Shown one piece after another: positions 51,274 through 64,000 of a stretch of DNA of 64,000 nt; within the stretch, counting starts at the first letter, position 1, and each line of letters starts with the position of its first letter. The DNA lies in the NCBI RefSeq assembly GCF_964194025.1, contig NC_134478.1:15376001-15440000 (forward strand). Reading direction: 5' to 3'. The notes beneath the pieces are model-generated. The model made no database searches. It was not told the origin of the DNA and saw nothing but the letters and a program-made list of their open reading frames with translations. Source of the stretch: Convolutriloba macropyga (Eukaryota). The translations under genes and the position numbers were made by a program.

Positions 51274-53265
51274 ATGGACGATTCAAAGAAAAGATCTGTA
51301 GTAGTAAATTTAGAGCCATTACAAGAGCACCAAATTGTGGAAGTAACTTATGATGGACAGGAAGTCTACAAGCCACCTGAAACTTTTGCAGAACACTTCA
51401 GCAAAATTCTCCGTCAAATTGATTTCGGAGAAGCTTTGTTCTCAACGAGCCAAGCGCAAAGGCTAAAGTTTGCAGAAACTTCTAACGAATCAAGCGAAAA
51501 GGAACATCTGAAACAGGAAGTCTCGGAGGATGAAGGCGACGTTTTTGACGAAAAGAAAGTTCCAAAAATGTCTAAAAGTTCTCTGAGCAATGTTCGCCAA
51601 AATATACAAAACGCGTTGACAGAAGTAAGCGTGTTATACGACGTACTTCAACTTGCCAAAGATCGAAAATTTCTGAGCTCTGATTTGTGCTCACCGAATG
51701 TTGCAATCAACAGTGCTCAAAATAATCAAACGCATATTCTACCTCAGCATTCGCCGGCTTTCTTAGCTGTTGCGAAAAGAACTAGTTTTGCCGACTCAAT
51801 ATCTTTGCTTTCAAATTTTGCATCGAAACTTAAAAGGAAACAAGCCGCTCATTCGAAGAGTGATGGTGAATTTTACGGGAAACTGATCGAGTTAAGAAAA
51901 CATTGGAAGATCCGTAAAACTCCGCACACTTTACTTGGTGATTTATATGTTCAAAGTTCAAATTTTCATCACTCGAGTGTCTTCGAAATTGTGAAACGTG
52001 ACAATGTTTTAGACGTAATTTTGCCCAAAGATTTGGAGTCGTTTAACTATGAAATCTACGCAGACTTTGTAATGAAATCGGACATTGATTCCTTGCTCAA
52101 ATTCAGAAGACGTCCAGAAGTGGATGTGAGATCTGAAGATGTGGAGGGAACTGAAAGTGAGCAAAGTAAAGAGGTTACTTTAAAGCTGAAAGCAGCTCAA
52201 AAGTCTTTTCTGAATAAAGAGATTTTCTCACAAATGTGCAAGGAAGCTACACATGTGAAACTTGCATGTCAGTGTACAGTTCTTGACGATCGAATCATTT
52301 GTCGTTTATCTCCAAATGTTGATATGATTTTGTCTTTAGTTCGAACGACAAACTCCTCCAATGCGGAAAAAGAATCTGTTAGTGAGAGAGAACCATCAAC
52401 TACTGTCTTGAAACGTTCAGAAAAGTTCCGAAATTTTGAGAAACCTTTGATTTTGTTCATTAAAGAACTGTATTTGAGTTACCTCGAGAAATCGTCGGTA
52501 CCATACGCCATACATCCAGTCAGCTCGCCTATTGGGGTCAATCCTAGTTATTTAAGCGCTGCCGTTAGGGGCTTCAAAAAGTCCGCGTTTGATCAAATTA
52601 AAAGTTCGAAATGCGTTTTAGAAAGCGCAGTTAATTACGCTTTGCACTTCATTTTGAAATCGAGAGTTGATTCGCTTATTGAAAGCCTTCAAGAACGTTA
52701 TCCTTGTATAAGTTTTGTCAGGAAATTTCAACTAGCTAAAAATTCTTTAAATTTGAAAACTGAGTCGAGTTTAACTCTCTCTTTAAACGTCAAGAAATTC
52801 CAATATGCCAAGGCAGCAAAGTTGATTAATATTGTAATAAGTGAACAAACAATTTCATTCACAAATAATGATTCTTGGAGTTACGCAACGTCATTTGCCT
52901 GTCTAGAGAATATGCTTCTCGAAAGCGTTTCCGAAATACTTGTCGCCATTTTCTTGCAAGTCTCTGCATCCTTCTCTTGGATTCAACTTACATTCTGTGG
53001 AAATGCTTTTTCGTCAACATTCGGAGTTATTGTCCAACACCCGGAAAGTCTGGCCAAGTTGAAGTTCACTGTGTATAAAAATGAGAACTTGAAGATTGAG
53101 TTCTGGAAGCTGAAAAAGGCGCCCTTGGTTCCCGAGGACTCGGACGTTGTTCAGGACCAGGCACTTCATGAGTTGCAAGGAGAGTGGATCAACATCAAAT
53201 ATTGGCGAATTCCTGGGAGTGATATTTATGACAAGTTCGAACACTTGTTTGCTTCATTTCTGTAA
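51274..53265 (+). CDS. MED17: Mediator of RNA polymerase II transcription subunit 17
   Basis: EHQIVEVTYDGQEVYKPP..ILRQIDF..VRQNIQNALTEVSVLYDVL..LIELRKHWKIRK..LLGDL..KEIFSQMCKEA; first ATG 51274 follows a TTTTTCAG acceptor (probable 5'UTR intron). Confidence 0.93.
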   Translation: MDDSKKRSVVVNLEPLQEHQIVEVTYDGQEVYKPPETFAEHFSKILRQIDFGEALFSTSQAQRLKFAETSNESSEKEHLKQEVSEDEGDVFDEKKVPKMSKSSLSNVRQNIQNALTEVSVLYDVLQLAKDRKFLSSDLCSPNVAINSAQNNQTHILPQHSPAFLAVAKRTSFADSISLLSNFASKLKRKQAAHSKSDGEFYGKLIELRKHWKIRKTPHTLLGDLYVQSSNFHHSSVFEIVKRDNVLDVILPKDLESFNYEIYADFVMKSDIDSLLKFRRRPEVDVRSEDVEGTESEQSKEVTLKLKAAQKSFLNKEIFSQMCKEATHVKLACQCTVLDDRIICRLSPNVDMILSLVRTTNSSNAEKESVSEREPSTTVLKRSEKFRNFEKPLILFIKELYLSYLEKSSVPYAIHPVSSPIGVNPSYLSAAVRGFKKSAFDQIKSSKCVLESAVNYALHFILKSRVDSLIESLQERYPCISFVRKFQLAKNSLNLKTESSLTLSLNVKKFQYAKAAKLINIVISEQTISFTNNDSWSYATSFACLENMLLESVSEILVAIFLQVSASFSWIQLTFCGNAFSSTFGVIVQHPESLAKLKFTVYKNENLKIEFWKLKKAPLVPEDSDVVQDQALHELQGEWINIKYWRIPGSDIYDKFEHLFASFL

Positions 53266-54750
53266 ATAATGAGAATGCCAATTATTGGTCTCAGTTGTGA
53301 TGTTTGTTTGTTATTGTTAAATTAATTTAAATTTAGTCAACCGATAGTCTTTACGAACCTCTATTTATATTAACATGAAAAACGGGGAAAGTATGTTGAA
53401 GACTTCCTCAAAGTATAAAAGGTCCAAACGGTTTAAAAGTTGGTTATATCCTATGAAGACACTATTTTATATCCTATTCAACATACGACACCTCAAAAAT
53501 TTTCTGTACGGCTCTTCTTAATGACTATATGAAAATGTTTTTCTCTGTAAATTTTAATTGTTTTGTACTGCCTGAGCTGTCTCAGACTAGAAAATGCAAT
53601 TTCTTGTGACTGAACGCCTTCGCATTTGAATAAAAGTGTGTAGCTTATGTTCCAAGATGTTCGCTGAGGATATTTCCTTGTGCAGCTTTTTTCAAATAAA
53701 GTAGATACTTGTAAACGAATTTTCCACTAAGAAAATTGGTGGGTCACAAAATTGTTCTTGTGGGTTCCTTGCATAAAGTTGTGTAATTTTGTTTCTTTTG
53801 AAAACGAATTGTAATGTTTTTTAATCAACTTATTTAACTTCCCGAAACAACGATTTTCACAATTTTTTACGACAAAAGTAATGTATGCTTTATTTGTTCT
53901 TTCAAAGTCAAATTTGGACCACAGTAATTGGTTGTGTTATATTTGTACCTTTTTGCAACAGTACAACAGTTTTTGTCAAACCCACCATCTAAAAAACACA
54001 AATTGGACCCTTATTTTGGAACTAAGGCTAGTTGTTTTTGTAAATGAGATTGCAACTGCTTGCAGATGCTCTCCCAGCAATTACAATTCAGTTCGTAACT
54101 TTTTGCTAAGATTAGTTTTTTCAATATCGAATCAGACTGGATTGCTACGGATCACACAATACGGGATCTCTGTATTTATACCAGTTCAATCCGATAGAAA
54201 ACCAAATCGGAGACAAGGATATATGTCTAAGACCTGTTTATGCAAAAATATTTAAATTTAAACTTATGTTGGTTTTGCCTTTTGTACTCACGAGTTGAAA
54301 TACCAGAAGCTGGTTTTCGTAACAGTTGAATTACAGCTCCAATATTTCCTGGATACCAGACAAGATTACAAATAATTTAATGCTCAAGAATAACTTTCAA
54401 AACAAGACACAGTAACAATTTACTGCTCAAGAATAATTTAAACGCAAGACAGTAACGCGTTCTTTACTGCTCAAATCAAATGTATAGGAAGAAAGCCGTT
54501 TTCTGCGGCTGCTTTTGCTGTGTGGTGTTGTGATGCTTTTGTTATTTCCCCCTTTTTCTCCAGATCACGTGACTATGACTGTACTAGTAATTGTAACTAA
54601 AACTGCGACTATTACGATGACTAATAGACAACTGAAACAGAAGAGTTTTGTATCTCAATTTTTATGCTGACGTAATTTCCTAAGCATGTTGTGAAAGCTC
54701 AGAGTCAACAGAGATTACAGATTTTCTTAATGAGATATTTATTAGATATT

Positions 54751-55710
54751 TTAAAATGGGGGAGTATATATGCCAGGCTTTTTTCTTTTCAGTCAATTTT
54801 TCACTTTTTGTATAGGCTTCGTAGCAATAAAAGAGATGCTTCATTTTGTAGCCCATTGAGGCTAGTTTGACGTTTTCATAAAAAAACTACAAATTTTACA
54901 AACGGTGTGAAAGGGCGAGCAGTTTCAAACATTGCGGGTAAAACGAAAAGCAGAGGTTTTGGGGCGTGGGGGTAGGGATAAGGTTGATATGGATAATGAA
55001 TTTTAGTATGTCTGTCATCAGAATTTGGATGCAAAGTTTTATTAATGAGACAATTACAAGATGACTCAAAGAAAAACAAAAAAGGAACAAAGTTCTGAGA
55101 TGTTTTGGAATTAATTATTCCGAAGTGTTTTGGAACCTTGCCCCATTTTTTCTTTTTAGTCAATTATTTATTTCAAAAAATTGATTTCAAAGTCAAAAAC
55201 ATTTTATTAAAACTAGTAATTTCAAAACTTATAAAACTCGTAGTAGTAAGGCATTACAAAACCATTAGTTAAACCGTACGACCGCTACAAATACGAAATG
55301 TTTGTTCAAAGGAAAGAGATTGCCACCTGTATCTATTGTTCCAACTTTTTAAAAATGGGAGAGTATATATGCCAGGCTTTTTTTCAGTCAATTTTTCACT
55401 TTTTGTTTAGGCTTCGTAGCAATAAAGAGATGCATCATGTTGTAGCCCATAGAGGCTAGTTTTACGTTTTCATAAAAAACTACAAATTTTACAAACGTTG
55501 TGAAAGGGGGAGCAGTTTCAAACATTGCAGGGAAAACGAAGATAAAAGAGATGCATCGTTTTGTAGCCCATAGAGGTTAGATTTTTGTTTTTATAAAAAA
55601 CCACAATTTTTATAAACGGTGTAAAAGGGGAGCGGTTTCAAACATTGAAGGGAAAACGAAAAGCAAATGTTTTGGGGCGTGGGGTAAGGGGTATTGATAA
55701 GGTTGATGGA
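54751..55710 (+). repeat. Local diverged direct repeats (54751-54990 versus 55348-55710, the latter with an internal ~120-bp duplication)
   Basis: AAAATGGG.GAGTATATATGCCAGGC twice; GTAGCCCAT.GAGG.TAG...TTTCAAACATTG three times. Confidence 0.8.
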
Positions 55711-56599
55711 TTTTAATTTTAATAAAGTAACTGCTGGAAAAATTGTCATTTAAGTAGATAACAGTGTGATTCGATTGTACAATTTTGTTTGAAAACAAAA
55801 CGAAGAAAAATTTTCTGGACAGACAACTGAAAAACTGTTTTTTTTTTACTTTTCGCTCTTCTTCCTTCTTTGTGCAAATTTTAGGCTTTAGACTTTTTTA
55901 TATTTCAATAGATTTTCAAATTAATCAAAATCGAAAAACGTTATATGGGAATCGAAAAATTAAACAGCCGATAAAAATTTGAGAAATCTAAAACTTTTTT
56001 CTTTTTTTTTGAAGTATTAAATGAATTTTTAAAACTATCTATTGTAGTATAGTTTGCTTCTCTAAGGTATTTTTCTGAATCAAAATCTTGTATCAAAATG
56101 ATGTTCTGTGATACTCTTTTTATGCCATTATGCCAGCAACTACAGAAAGCTTTTTTTTCTAGAGAAGGAAAAATTTTAATGAAGTTGAATTATATATTGT
56201 TTATCTCTTTGGTTTGTTCTCCGGCCCCTGAAGCAAACTATTTTTCTTTGCTGAGTTTCAACTCAAGTTTTTGTTGTGGCCCTAAGTTTCTTCCCAAATT
56301 GCTGCAAAACACTTGCTAAAAGTATTTCTCCAGTCAATTGAGGCTTGTTTATGACAGTGGTAGGCCGAAAACAGTCTTCCCAACTTCTGCTTGGTTTAGT
56401 TTATTAAAACTTACTATCTATAATTTACTCAGATCTGATTGAATCATCATATTACTGAAACCGCATGTTTGCGCCAATTAAAGTACAATGAACATCAGCT
56501 TGGCAATAGGCAAAAATATTAAAAAGAACTTATTCGTACGTTTTCATCCATTTGTCACGTGGATTATGAGTATAAAAATTTTGATTTGAGTTGTTCTGA

Positions 56600-58050
56600 T
56601 TTTGGAATTGTTTTATAGTGGGACAAATGAATTGAAGATAACTTCAAACAGAGCTATTACCATAAGGTCACAACTTGACACAAATAACTCTTATTGCTGA
56701 CATTTTTTGATGTTTTGTAACACCTATTAAAAAATCAAGTGGATCTTTAATCTAACTAAATGGTAAAGAATTCAGCGGTTAAACAATTTTTCATTGAGGA
56801 AAAAAATCAGATGTGAAAAATATCAGTTAAGGGTTTTCTGTTTCTAGCATATAAACTGATGCCTTCACTTTTTGAAATAAACTCTTTGTTAATTTAAGAT
56901 AAGTTCTCTTTGCGATTAATTGCTCTTGTTGAGCATCAATTATAGCTTCTTTATGTTGCAACAACATAATTGACAGGGCATCTTGTTTAATGCCTTCTAA
57001 GATAATAACACAATCAGGGTTGTGATTTTTTCAACTTCCGTATTAAAGAAAAATTTTAATGAAGATTGCGCTACAAAAGTGCTTTAATCTATGCTTGTTA
57101 AAAGTATTGGTAAAAATGACTTTTTCCTCAAATCAAGAAAGTTGAGAACGTATATTGGAACCTTCTGTGCTACGCACAGTGTCGCACGAGCCTTCTTGAT
57201 GATACTATGCAACGTTGCAAGAAACTAGGAAGGAAATGTTGGCACAGATAAGATAAATTTGTCAAAAGTTGAAAAATTCAGTGATGTTTTCTCAAAACAA
57301 AAACTGTCAATGTGATAAGAACCATTAGGTATCATCTCAAAGCTTTTTATAGGGCACTTCTACCACTTAATGAAACGAGTTCGATCTTTATTTAGTGAAA
57401 CTAAGTCCTGAGATTGTATAAAGAATAACAAATTAAGTGCAACCCAAGAATCCATTTAACTTTAGGAGATCACTTTATGCAAGCTGTAAAAACTATGAGC
57501 ATTTCTCTGAAATCATTAAGTATTTTCATATGGCCTCATTTGCTCTTTAATGGGATCTGTCAATAATTGAGCTTTATATGAATTCATTCTGATCTGTAAT
57601 TAAAATTAAAAAAAGAAGAATTGAGAAAAAGATTTGCAAACCGAGATTGCCCAATTCTCTGTAATCTTCTTCAGACCCTGTTTGTTGAGTTTAAAAAATA
57701 CTTGTCAGCAATTGCTACAAAGTAGCGAAAGGAGAGAGCTGCGCCAATCATAAAAAATGACAAAAATGGACTATTTTTGAGGATGAATAAAGTGGCACTA
57801 AGTCTCCCATAACTACTTTGGTCAACTTCCTTTGGCAGAGCCTAAAAAGTTTTCAGTACCAAAAAATTCATTGAGTCGCGAATCAGTTCAGTTTCATATG
57901 TATTTCAGCATTTTAGCTGAATTCAGTGGAGTGTCCCCGCTAATCGACGTTAAGTTCCCTCAACTGTCTGATGAACTGACACCATCGTACTGTCCCAAAC
58001 TAAAATGGTTTTCAGAATACGCTCATGTTTGTGTGTATGGTTGTCTACAT
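56600..58050 (-). mobile_element. Decayed LINE ORF2 remnant
   Basis: Minus strand VVMGDL (~57805), AIADK (FADD-like, ~57705), FLGLH (~57445), NSLP (~56765) in the correct order. Confidence 0.5.
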
Positions 58051-58502
58051 CGTTAATTTGTTGTTTCAGAGGTTGTGATGTATTAGCGTTTTCACGTAAA
58101 ATGGCCGCCCGCATAGAATTACCAAGTGGTAAAGTAGATTACATGTCACGGTAGTTTCCTGCTTTCTCTATATTTGTTTCCTTATTTCTTTTTTTTTACA
58201 TTTATTTCCCGTTTTGTGTATTCGTTTGCTTGCAATATATCACTGTGAAAGTGAATTCTGGTTTTTAGTAGCAATTAAAGTGTTTGTGCCTCGCTTACTT
58301 GCAACAATTAAAATAGCTTGAAAGCTTTTCCCCGTGAATCAGTTTTTTAGTAGTCTATTAATTATAACAGAAGAAATGGCAAAATAAAAAATTGACTTAG
58401 TTTTATTAGTTTTAGTTACACGCGAATTGGCAGAATACTATTTTGTTTCTAACTTTTGAAATCTGTTGCTCGCAATCACATCACTCGGATTTATTATCGA
58501 CA

Positions 58503-58694
58503 ATGAGCAAGTTGCACAATTCTGCCTACTTATTACTGGGCTTTATGGGCCTATGTGCCCTTCTTTATCTCCCTCCTCGTGTGGAGTGTTTTGGTGCTGT
58601 TCTGGAATTGGGTCCCGACTTCCTCCTCAAGAAAGCGGAAGGCGGAATGTGGTTTATCAAGTTCTACGCTCCTTGGTGTGGGTATTGTAAAAAG
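58503..58694 (+). CDS. TMX3: TMX3 protein disulfide-isomerase exon 1, copy A
   Basis: Signal peptide plus WFIKFYAPWCGYCKK; donor GTACGA in phase 0. Confidence 0.8.
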
Positions 58695-59017
58695 GTACGA
58701 TTTTCTGTTGAAGGGTATTTCGCGAAAGAACTGGGATGGATTTTTAGTACCCCCCTTCCCCCAATAATGTAAATTTAATTCTTAGCGAATCATTTTGTTA
58801 TTATATCACGTGGCGTCGTAGTTTTCAAATGCTATGCGCCTACTAAACTGGGGGGGGGGGGGCAGAAACGGAGTTATTATTCTCGGTCCCCCTTGAAGTT
58901 TAAGTTGTTTTTCACAAGTGTTTTTTTTGTGTGTGAAGAAAGCAGGATAGTTTTTCATTGATGCTTGTTGGTAGCGCATGATAAGATGTGACTGCAGATG
59001 TACGATAGTAATTCTGC

Positions 59018-59333
59018 GGGTCTTTCCCTTTATAGCTCCCCCCATCCAGCTTAGTGGTCAGATAACCTATAGCCCCCCAATCATGGTAAACATAGTGGAG
59101 GGGGGCTATATTTTCATGGGGGGCTATAATGGGAAAGACCCAATTCTGCTACTAAGGTCAAACGTGGGCAAACAAGAATCCCATGTGGGCAAATAAGATT
59201 TCAAATGGGGTCTTTCCTATTATAGCCCCCCCATGAAATTATAGCCCCCCATTATGGTATAATTACTATGATGGGGGGCTATAGGTTATCTGACCACTAT
59301 GCTGGGGGAGGGGAGCTATAATGGGAGAGACCC
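59018..59333. mobile_element. Inverted pair of ~125-bp palindromic MITEs (also in the duplicate at ~60921-61237)
   Basis: GGGTCTTTCCC.TTATAGC...GCTATAATGGGAAAGACCC twice, in opposite orientation, ~67 bp apart; related copy at ~32199-32276. Confidence 0.7.
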
Positions 59334-59891
59334 TTCAAGTAGACTAAACTTTTCCGGCCAGTTTTTACAATTTGTGAGTACAATCTTGATAATGAATTTA
59401 GCTTGGTATTAAATAGACGGAAGCATGGTTATTATATTTCATTCAAGCACGTTAGTATTTAATCTTTAAGTTACAATTTTAATTACATTTGTTAAAAAAT
59501 TGTTTTCATTTCATTGGTGAACAAATTTTTTGCTTTCGCAGAGCTGCGCTTTAGCATGAAATTTTTTCCGCAATATGTTCAGTAAAAATAAACTGCTCGA
59601 AAGCGTTTTTAAAACCTAAACTGTTCAAATGCTATTTTAATGGCTCTGGAACGAAGGTTGAAGCAATTATTATAAACTATTATTATTATATGTGAATTTT
59701 TAATGCAGCAATTTTGTATAGCCGTTTTCTTCTTGAGCATTCTTTCGATTTCATTTCTCGAGTGACTTTTTGTTTTTTTTTGAGTGATTGGAATTGCTAT
59801 CATTCCGATGTTAAATCTGTTGCGAAAATGAAAGCGGTTGTAAGCTGTGAACGAACGTGGTCAGTGTAGCTTAGTGGTTAAGTAATGGTTA

Positions 59892-59996
59892 CGTAACTCT
59901 GCTTGAAGTCACTGAGAATTTCTGGCGTTTATCGAGAGCCGCGAAGCGGTTCAATATATGAACTCAGAATTTCCAAGTGACTTCTGCAGAGTCACG
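59892..59996. mobile_element. 105-bp foldback/MITE flanked by TA
   Basis: TA|CGTAACTCTGC..GAAGTCACT...AGTGACTTCTGCAGAGTCACG|TA. Confidence 0.6.
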
Positions 59997-60414
59997 TAGC
60001 GTTTTCACGTAAAATGGCCGCCCGCATAGAATTACCAAGTGGTAAAGTAGATTACATGTCACGGTAGTTTCCTGCTTTCTCTATATTTGTTTCCTTATTT
60101 CTTTTTTTACTTTTATTTCCCGTTTTGTGTATTCGTTTGCTTGCAATATATCACTGTGAAAGTGAATTCTGGTTTTTAGTAGCAATTAAAGTGTTTGTGC
60201 CTCGCTTACTTGTAACAATTAAAATCGCTTGAAAGCTTTTCCACGTGAATCAGTTTTTTAGTAGTCTATTAATTATAACAGAAGAAATGGCAAAATAAAA
60301 AATTGACTTAGTTTTATTAGTTTTAGTTACGCGCGAATTGGCAGAATACTATTTTGTTTCTAACTTTTTGAAATTTGTTACTCGCAATCACATCAATCGG
60401 ATTTTTTATCGACA

Positions 60415-60606
60415 ATGAGCAAGTTGCACAATTCTGCCTACTTATTACTGGGCTTTATGGGCCTGTGTGCCCTTCTTTATCTCCCTCCTCGTGTGGTGTG
60501 TTTTGGTGCTGTTCTGGAATTGGGTCCCGACTTCCTCCTCAAGAAAGCGGAAGGCGGAATGTGGTTTATCAAGTTCTACGCTCCTTGGTGTGGGTATTGT
60601 AAAAAG
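60415..60606 (+). CDS. TMX3: TMX3 exon 1, copy B
   Basis: Same 64 codons with E>V (RVECF/RVVCF); donor intact. Confidence 0.82.
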
Positions 60607-62769
60607 GTACGATTTTCTGTTGAAGGGTATTTCGCGAAAGAACTGAGATGGATTTTTAGTACCCCCTTCCGCCAATAATGTATATTTAATTCTTAGCGAA
60701 TCATTTTGTTATTATATCACGTGGCGTCGTAGTTTTCAAATGCTATGCGCCTACTAAACGGAGGGGGGCAGAAACGGAGTTATTATTCTCGGTCCCCCTT
60801 GAAGTTTAAGTTGTTTTTCACAAGTGTTTTTTTTGTGTGTGAAAGCAGGATAGTTTTTCATTGATGCTTGTTGGTAGCGCATGATAAGATGTGACTGCAG
60901 ATGTACGATAGTAGTTCTGTGGGTCTTTCCCTTTATAGCTCCCCCCATCCAGCTTAGTGGTCAGATAACCTATAGCCCCCCAATCATGGTAAACATAGTG
61001 GAGGGGGGCTTTATTTTCATGGGGGGCTATAATGGGAAAGACCCAATTCTGCTACTAAGGTCAAACGTGGGCAAACAAGAATCCCATGTGGTCAAATAAG
61101 ATTTCAAATGGGGTCTTTCCTATTATAGCCCCCCCTATGAAATTATAGCCCCCCATTATGGTATAATTGCTATGATGGGGGGCTATAGGTTATCTGACCA
61201 CTATGCTGGGGGAGGGGAGCTATAATGGGAGAGACCCTTCAAGTTGACTAAACTTTTCCGGCCAGTTTTTACAATTTGTGAGTACAATCTTGATAATGAA
61301 TGTAGCTTGGTATTAAATAGACGGAAGCATGGTTATTATATTTCATTCAAGCACGTTAGTATTTAATCTTTAAGTTACAATTTTAATTACATTTGTTAAA
61401 AAATTGTTTTCATTTCATTGGTGAACAATTTTTTTGCTTTCGCAGAGCTGCGCTTTAGCATGAAATTTTTTCCGCAATATGTTCAGTAAAAATAAACTGC
61501 TCGAAAGCGTTTTTAAAACCTAAACTGTTCAAATGCTATTTTAATGGCTCTGGAACGAAGGTTGAAGCAATTATTATAAACTATTATTATTATATGTGAA
61601 TTTTTAATGCAACAATTTTGTATAGCCGTTTTCTTCTTGAGCATTCTTTCGATTTCATTTCTCGAGTGACTTTGTTTTTTTTGAGTGATTGTAATTGCTA
61701 TCATTCCGATGTTAAATCTGTTGCGAAAATGAAAGCGGTTGTAAGCTGTGAACGAACGTGGTCAGTGTAGCTTAGTGGTTAAGTAATGGTTACGTAACTC
61801 TGCTTGAAGTCACTGAGAATTTCTGGCGTTTATCGAGAGCCGCGAAGCGGTTCAAAATATGAACTCAGAATTTCCAAGTGACTTCTGCAGAGTCACGGAG
61901 CCATGCTTAAAACACAAAATGAGCGCGTTTTAAAATGACGGAGTTCAACTTCTGGCTAAGCGGGAACTTCTGGCAATGCAGACTTTCGGCATTTTAAAAT
62001 GTGCACTCAAGTTCTTTTTAACTCGGGTTACTGTATGGCCGCTAAAGTGACATTTCGCGACTAAGATTTAAAACTTGAGAGGTTTCTGGCAATATTTTTC
62101 ACTCAAATCTGTGCTATAATTGGGGAATTCTCGTTGCATAACCCTAGGATCCATTACTTTGAGTGTCATATTTCTTTAAATACAAGTAAACCACTCGGTC
62201 CTTCAGAAATAATTGCAGTGGCAAAAGGATGAAAGTTGCTACATCAGCAAAAGTGGAACTACTGTTATCTCACATCCTGAAAAAAATTTTCTGAATATCT
62301 GAAAAACGCATATCTAAATTCTCTTAAAACGTAAATCCCGAAGACCCACTCAATTAAAGACCTGTTTCGTCACTTCAGCTTTGTCAAAATTTTTTGAAAA
62401 GGCATGAAGTTCTCAAGTAACATATTTCGTTCAAAAGGGAGCAATTACTGTCTGTCAAAGAGTTGGGTTGTAGAAAACGGTTTTCAACAATTGGTGGTAT
62501 TTTGAAGTCTACAGAACAAAAGAGATTGGAACTCAAGAGAAGAAAAACGGTTACACGCACGTTTTTAGATCTTTCAAATGATTGAGACCTTCGTTACGAG
62601 GACTGAAAATTATAAGATTTGACGAACACGCTAGTTTTGAGATTTATTTGAGTAAAACAACGAGAAAAGTTGTGCTAGAAGGAATTCAGTTAGGCTGAAT
62701 GCCAAGCTACTAATTTGGGTCTTCTCTTATTCAAAGTTTACGTGAACAATTTTTAGCGAAGATTGTAGA

Positions 62770-63500
62770 AGATTGTGCGGTCGTCCTGTATGAAGCCGAC
62801 ACTTTTTCTTTTTACATTCAACATTGATGAAATTCCGTCAAAAACAAAACTTCTCTGAATTTTTTATTCTTAGTCCGAGTTAATGGTGAAACAAACAAAA
62901 GACAGAATATGTAGTACTCAGCACCAGGAAAAGTTTGGCAAATACCGTTTTGAATGTCGGCAACGAAATAGTAGCAGAATCAACTTTTGTGAAGTATCTT
63001 GGCGTATTTATTGGTAGCAAGCTACACTTTAATGAAGTAATGGAAGATACAGCACAGAATGGCTTGTGGAATAAAAGTGGAGTACAATAAATAAAAGATT
63101 GTCGGCGAAAACAAAAATTATATTACTTAATGCAATTGTAGTAAGTCACCTACGCTCAGCTTTGAAGAGATTCGAAAAACATAATCGCAACTTTTTAAGA
63201 AGCAATTGAATTGAAGAATAAAAATCAGTTTTGATAGGAGAAAGTACAATCGGTCCACAGATCTCTTTTCATTTTAGTTTTTTTTTAATTTAAAGTTTCT
63301 TTTCATTTCCAAGTTTCTTTTCATTGCCAGTTTCTTTTCATGTAAAGTATCTTTGCGCAAAATGTTTTTCTCGCATGCTCAGCATCGGTCTTCCAGCATA
63401 TAAATTGAATCTTCCTGCAATGAGAATAAGAAACCGGACAGGTCAAAGAAAGATGCCTGAAAAAAAGTTGAGAGAAATTTTTGGAAATGTTCTTTTTAAA
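62770..63500 (+). mobile_element. Decayed LINE RT C-terminal fragment in the TMX3 intron
   Basis: VKYLGVFIGSKLHFNE at ~62990-63035, preceded by a LY-x-(A)DT-like motif at ~62787. Confidence 0.65.
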
Positions 63501-63839
63501 ATATATAATTTTACGTAATGATTTTTTTCTTAACTGTACATTGGCTCCTTACCTTTTGTATTTTATTTTTATGGATATTAGAGGAAATTAGCAATGGTTT
63601 TTTGAACTGGGTCATTGACTGATTATTAATTGATGTAATTGAACCTCAAATTGGAAAGGATTCATGCTTATAAAAACTTAGTTTTCTGTTTTCGCATTTC
63701 GTTGTATACGTTTCCAGTTTAATATTCTCTTTTGATATAGCGTTAACTAATGTATCATCAACTTATTTTACATAGATTAAGCGTCTTCTTTTTTTTGGGG
63801 GGGGGTGTTGATTACTCTGACACTTTTGTTTCTCTTCAG

Positions 63840-63978
63840 TTAGAGCCTACGTGGAACGAGTTAGAGAAGAGGGTTCGTACCTTGGGAGTGGTGGTGGGGC
63901 GCATAGATGCAACCAGGTTCGAGGAACTGGCGCACCAGTTTGAGATCAGAGGATTCCCAACTCTCATATTCTTCAAAG
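63840..63978 (+). CDS. TMX3: TMX3 exon 2 (gene continues beyond the window)
   Basis: LEPTWNEL..VGRIDATRF..FEIRGFPTLIFFK; acceptor TCTCTTCAG 63839, donor GTTAGT 63979. Confidence 0.88.
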
Positions 63979-64000
63979 GTTAGTTCCAACTCACACTATA

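Larger units (their letters stand above)
58084..61897 (+). repeat. ~1.9-kb tandem duplication (58084-59996 / 59997-61897) including the TMX3 upstream region and exon 1
   Basis: TAGCGTTTTCACGTAAAATGG at 58084 and 59997; near-identical copies. Confidence 0.97.

Noticed and set aside
54267-54710. Possible solo LTR (TGTTG...CAACA, internal short repeats)
   Set aside because: No target-site duplication and no second copy in the window

Overview
AT-rich eukaryotic (invertebrate metazoan-like) genomic window with four recognisable + strand host genes: HPF1 (3 coding exons), REXO1 (4 exons, one GC-AG intron), MED17 (single coding exon) and the 5' part of TMX3, whose first exon is tandemly duplicated. 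The main feature is a 12.8-kb decayed, env-bearing Ty3/gypsy-type LTR element (12381-25219) inside HPF1 intron 2. It has gag, a -1 frameshift signal, pro-RT-RNaseH-IN and a class I (F-like) env. It also carries two enzyme cargos: a TARG1/OARD1-like macrodomain that appears fused to the Pol C-terminus, and an antisense, intron-containing JmjC dioxygenase gene between pol and env. Introns and intergenic DNA contain several families of non-autonomous Helentron/DINE-1-like elements (subterminal inverted repeat + 3' hairpin + CTATG) that nest 40-55 bp inside one another's left ends, plus MITEs, decayed LINE fragments and microsatellites. All family assignments come from motif recognition by eye; no database search was run.
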